Assembly (NCBI RefSeq): GCF_009914755.1
Contig: NC_060936.1
DNA: 64,000 bases
From: the human T2T-CHM13v2.0 reference genome, Homo sapiens
Strand: one strand, 5' to 3'
The notes under the pieces are model-generated. The model was not told the origin of the DNA. It did no database searches and saw only the letters and a list, made by a program, of their open reading frames with translations. Below, one piece after another: positions 63,201 to 64,000 of the stretch (its first letter is position 1; each line of letters opens with the position of its first letter). Made by a program: the position numbers and the translations under genes.

Positions 63201-63738
63201 GATATATGGGTTTGTCTCCCTGGGTTCCAAAGTGGCAATGCCACCCAGCCCTATGGATTAAAGAAAGTATATTCACTTGCTTATACAGGTCAAATAAAAT
63301 CCTTGATGCTAGGTTTGGTTGTCTGTATCTTTTATGCCTGGTAAATTCTGAGAATCTGTTTCTGGAGCCTTGAGTTCTTAATGTATGCAGTAAAAATACA
63401 TCTATTTGTAGGTCACTGGAAAGGCAAAGGTCTTTCTGTGGTCATGCATTCTCAGCTTTAATTAGTTCAGAGTGAACAGGCAGAGAGTTTGGAGGCTAAG
63501 GAAAGACAGAGGCAAGATTTACTAGGGTGGGCAGCTTGACTATATTTGGAGTAAAGGCTCTAAAATGTGGTCTTTTTTACTTTGCATTTCCCAAAAGGCT
63601 TTTAGGATTTCAATCACGAATTTCCTCTATATTTAAATATAAGAAATGGAAAAATAAGTTTAGAACAACACATTCCTGAATATCAAGCAGGCTGTATATA
63701 TTGCCATTGCAACTTCCCAGGGTATCTATAACTTAGAG

Positions 63739-63930
63739 TAGAGGTTGACAAACTATGGCCCATGGGCCAAAAATGGCCTGCCATCTGGTTCTGCAAACAA
63801 GGTTTTATTGAGAAACAGTCATGTTCATTTATCTATGTATTATGAATGTCTGCTTTAGTCCTACAAATGCAGAGTTGAGTAATTGCAACAGAGAATGTGA
63901 GCCCAAAATATTTACTCTTTGGCCCCTAGG
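63739..63930 (+). mobile_element. MER58A hAT MITE
   Basis: caaactatggcccatgggccaaa...gcagagttgagtaattgcaacagaga...aaaatatttactctttggccc. Confidence 0.8.
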
Positions 63931-64000
63931 TGGGGCTTTGGCCGCAAAACCTACTTTTGGTCAAACTCCTTGGACCTAATGTGAGCTAGAACTTCTATTT

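Overview
This is primate (human or great ape) genomic DNA, judged from AluY, THE1C, HERV-H/LTR7 and L1PA elements. It is AT-rich and CpG-poor, with no CpG island, no recognisable protein-coding exon, and no rRNA, tRNA or CRISPR. Most of the window is nested transposable elements. The main ones are: a complete two-LTR, env-deleted HERV-H provirus (16719-22736, TSD GATAC) inside a MER34-type solo LTR; a full MSTA MaLR element inside Tigger3a; a 3'-deleted LTR9/HUERS-P3-type provirus inside an old minus-strand L1MA; a full THE1C element; a Cheshire hAT transposon carrying two inverted AluYs and an MLT1 LTR, itself inside an ancient MLT1 provirus; and an LTR1-type solo LTR inside an MSTA LTR. I found no convincing novel multi-gene system. 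The best leads are: an ESRG-like ORF in the HERV-H leader with a 5'-LTR-specific ATG and an intact splice donor; a close inverted AluY pair sharing non-consensus substitutions; a fold-back templated insertion at the HUERS-P3 deletion junction; a triple palindromic CCAAT array; and a left/right switch in LTR orientation. Subfamily names come from my memory of consensus sequences and need RepeatMasker/Dfam confirmation. Boundaries of old, diverged repeats are approximate.
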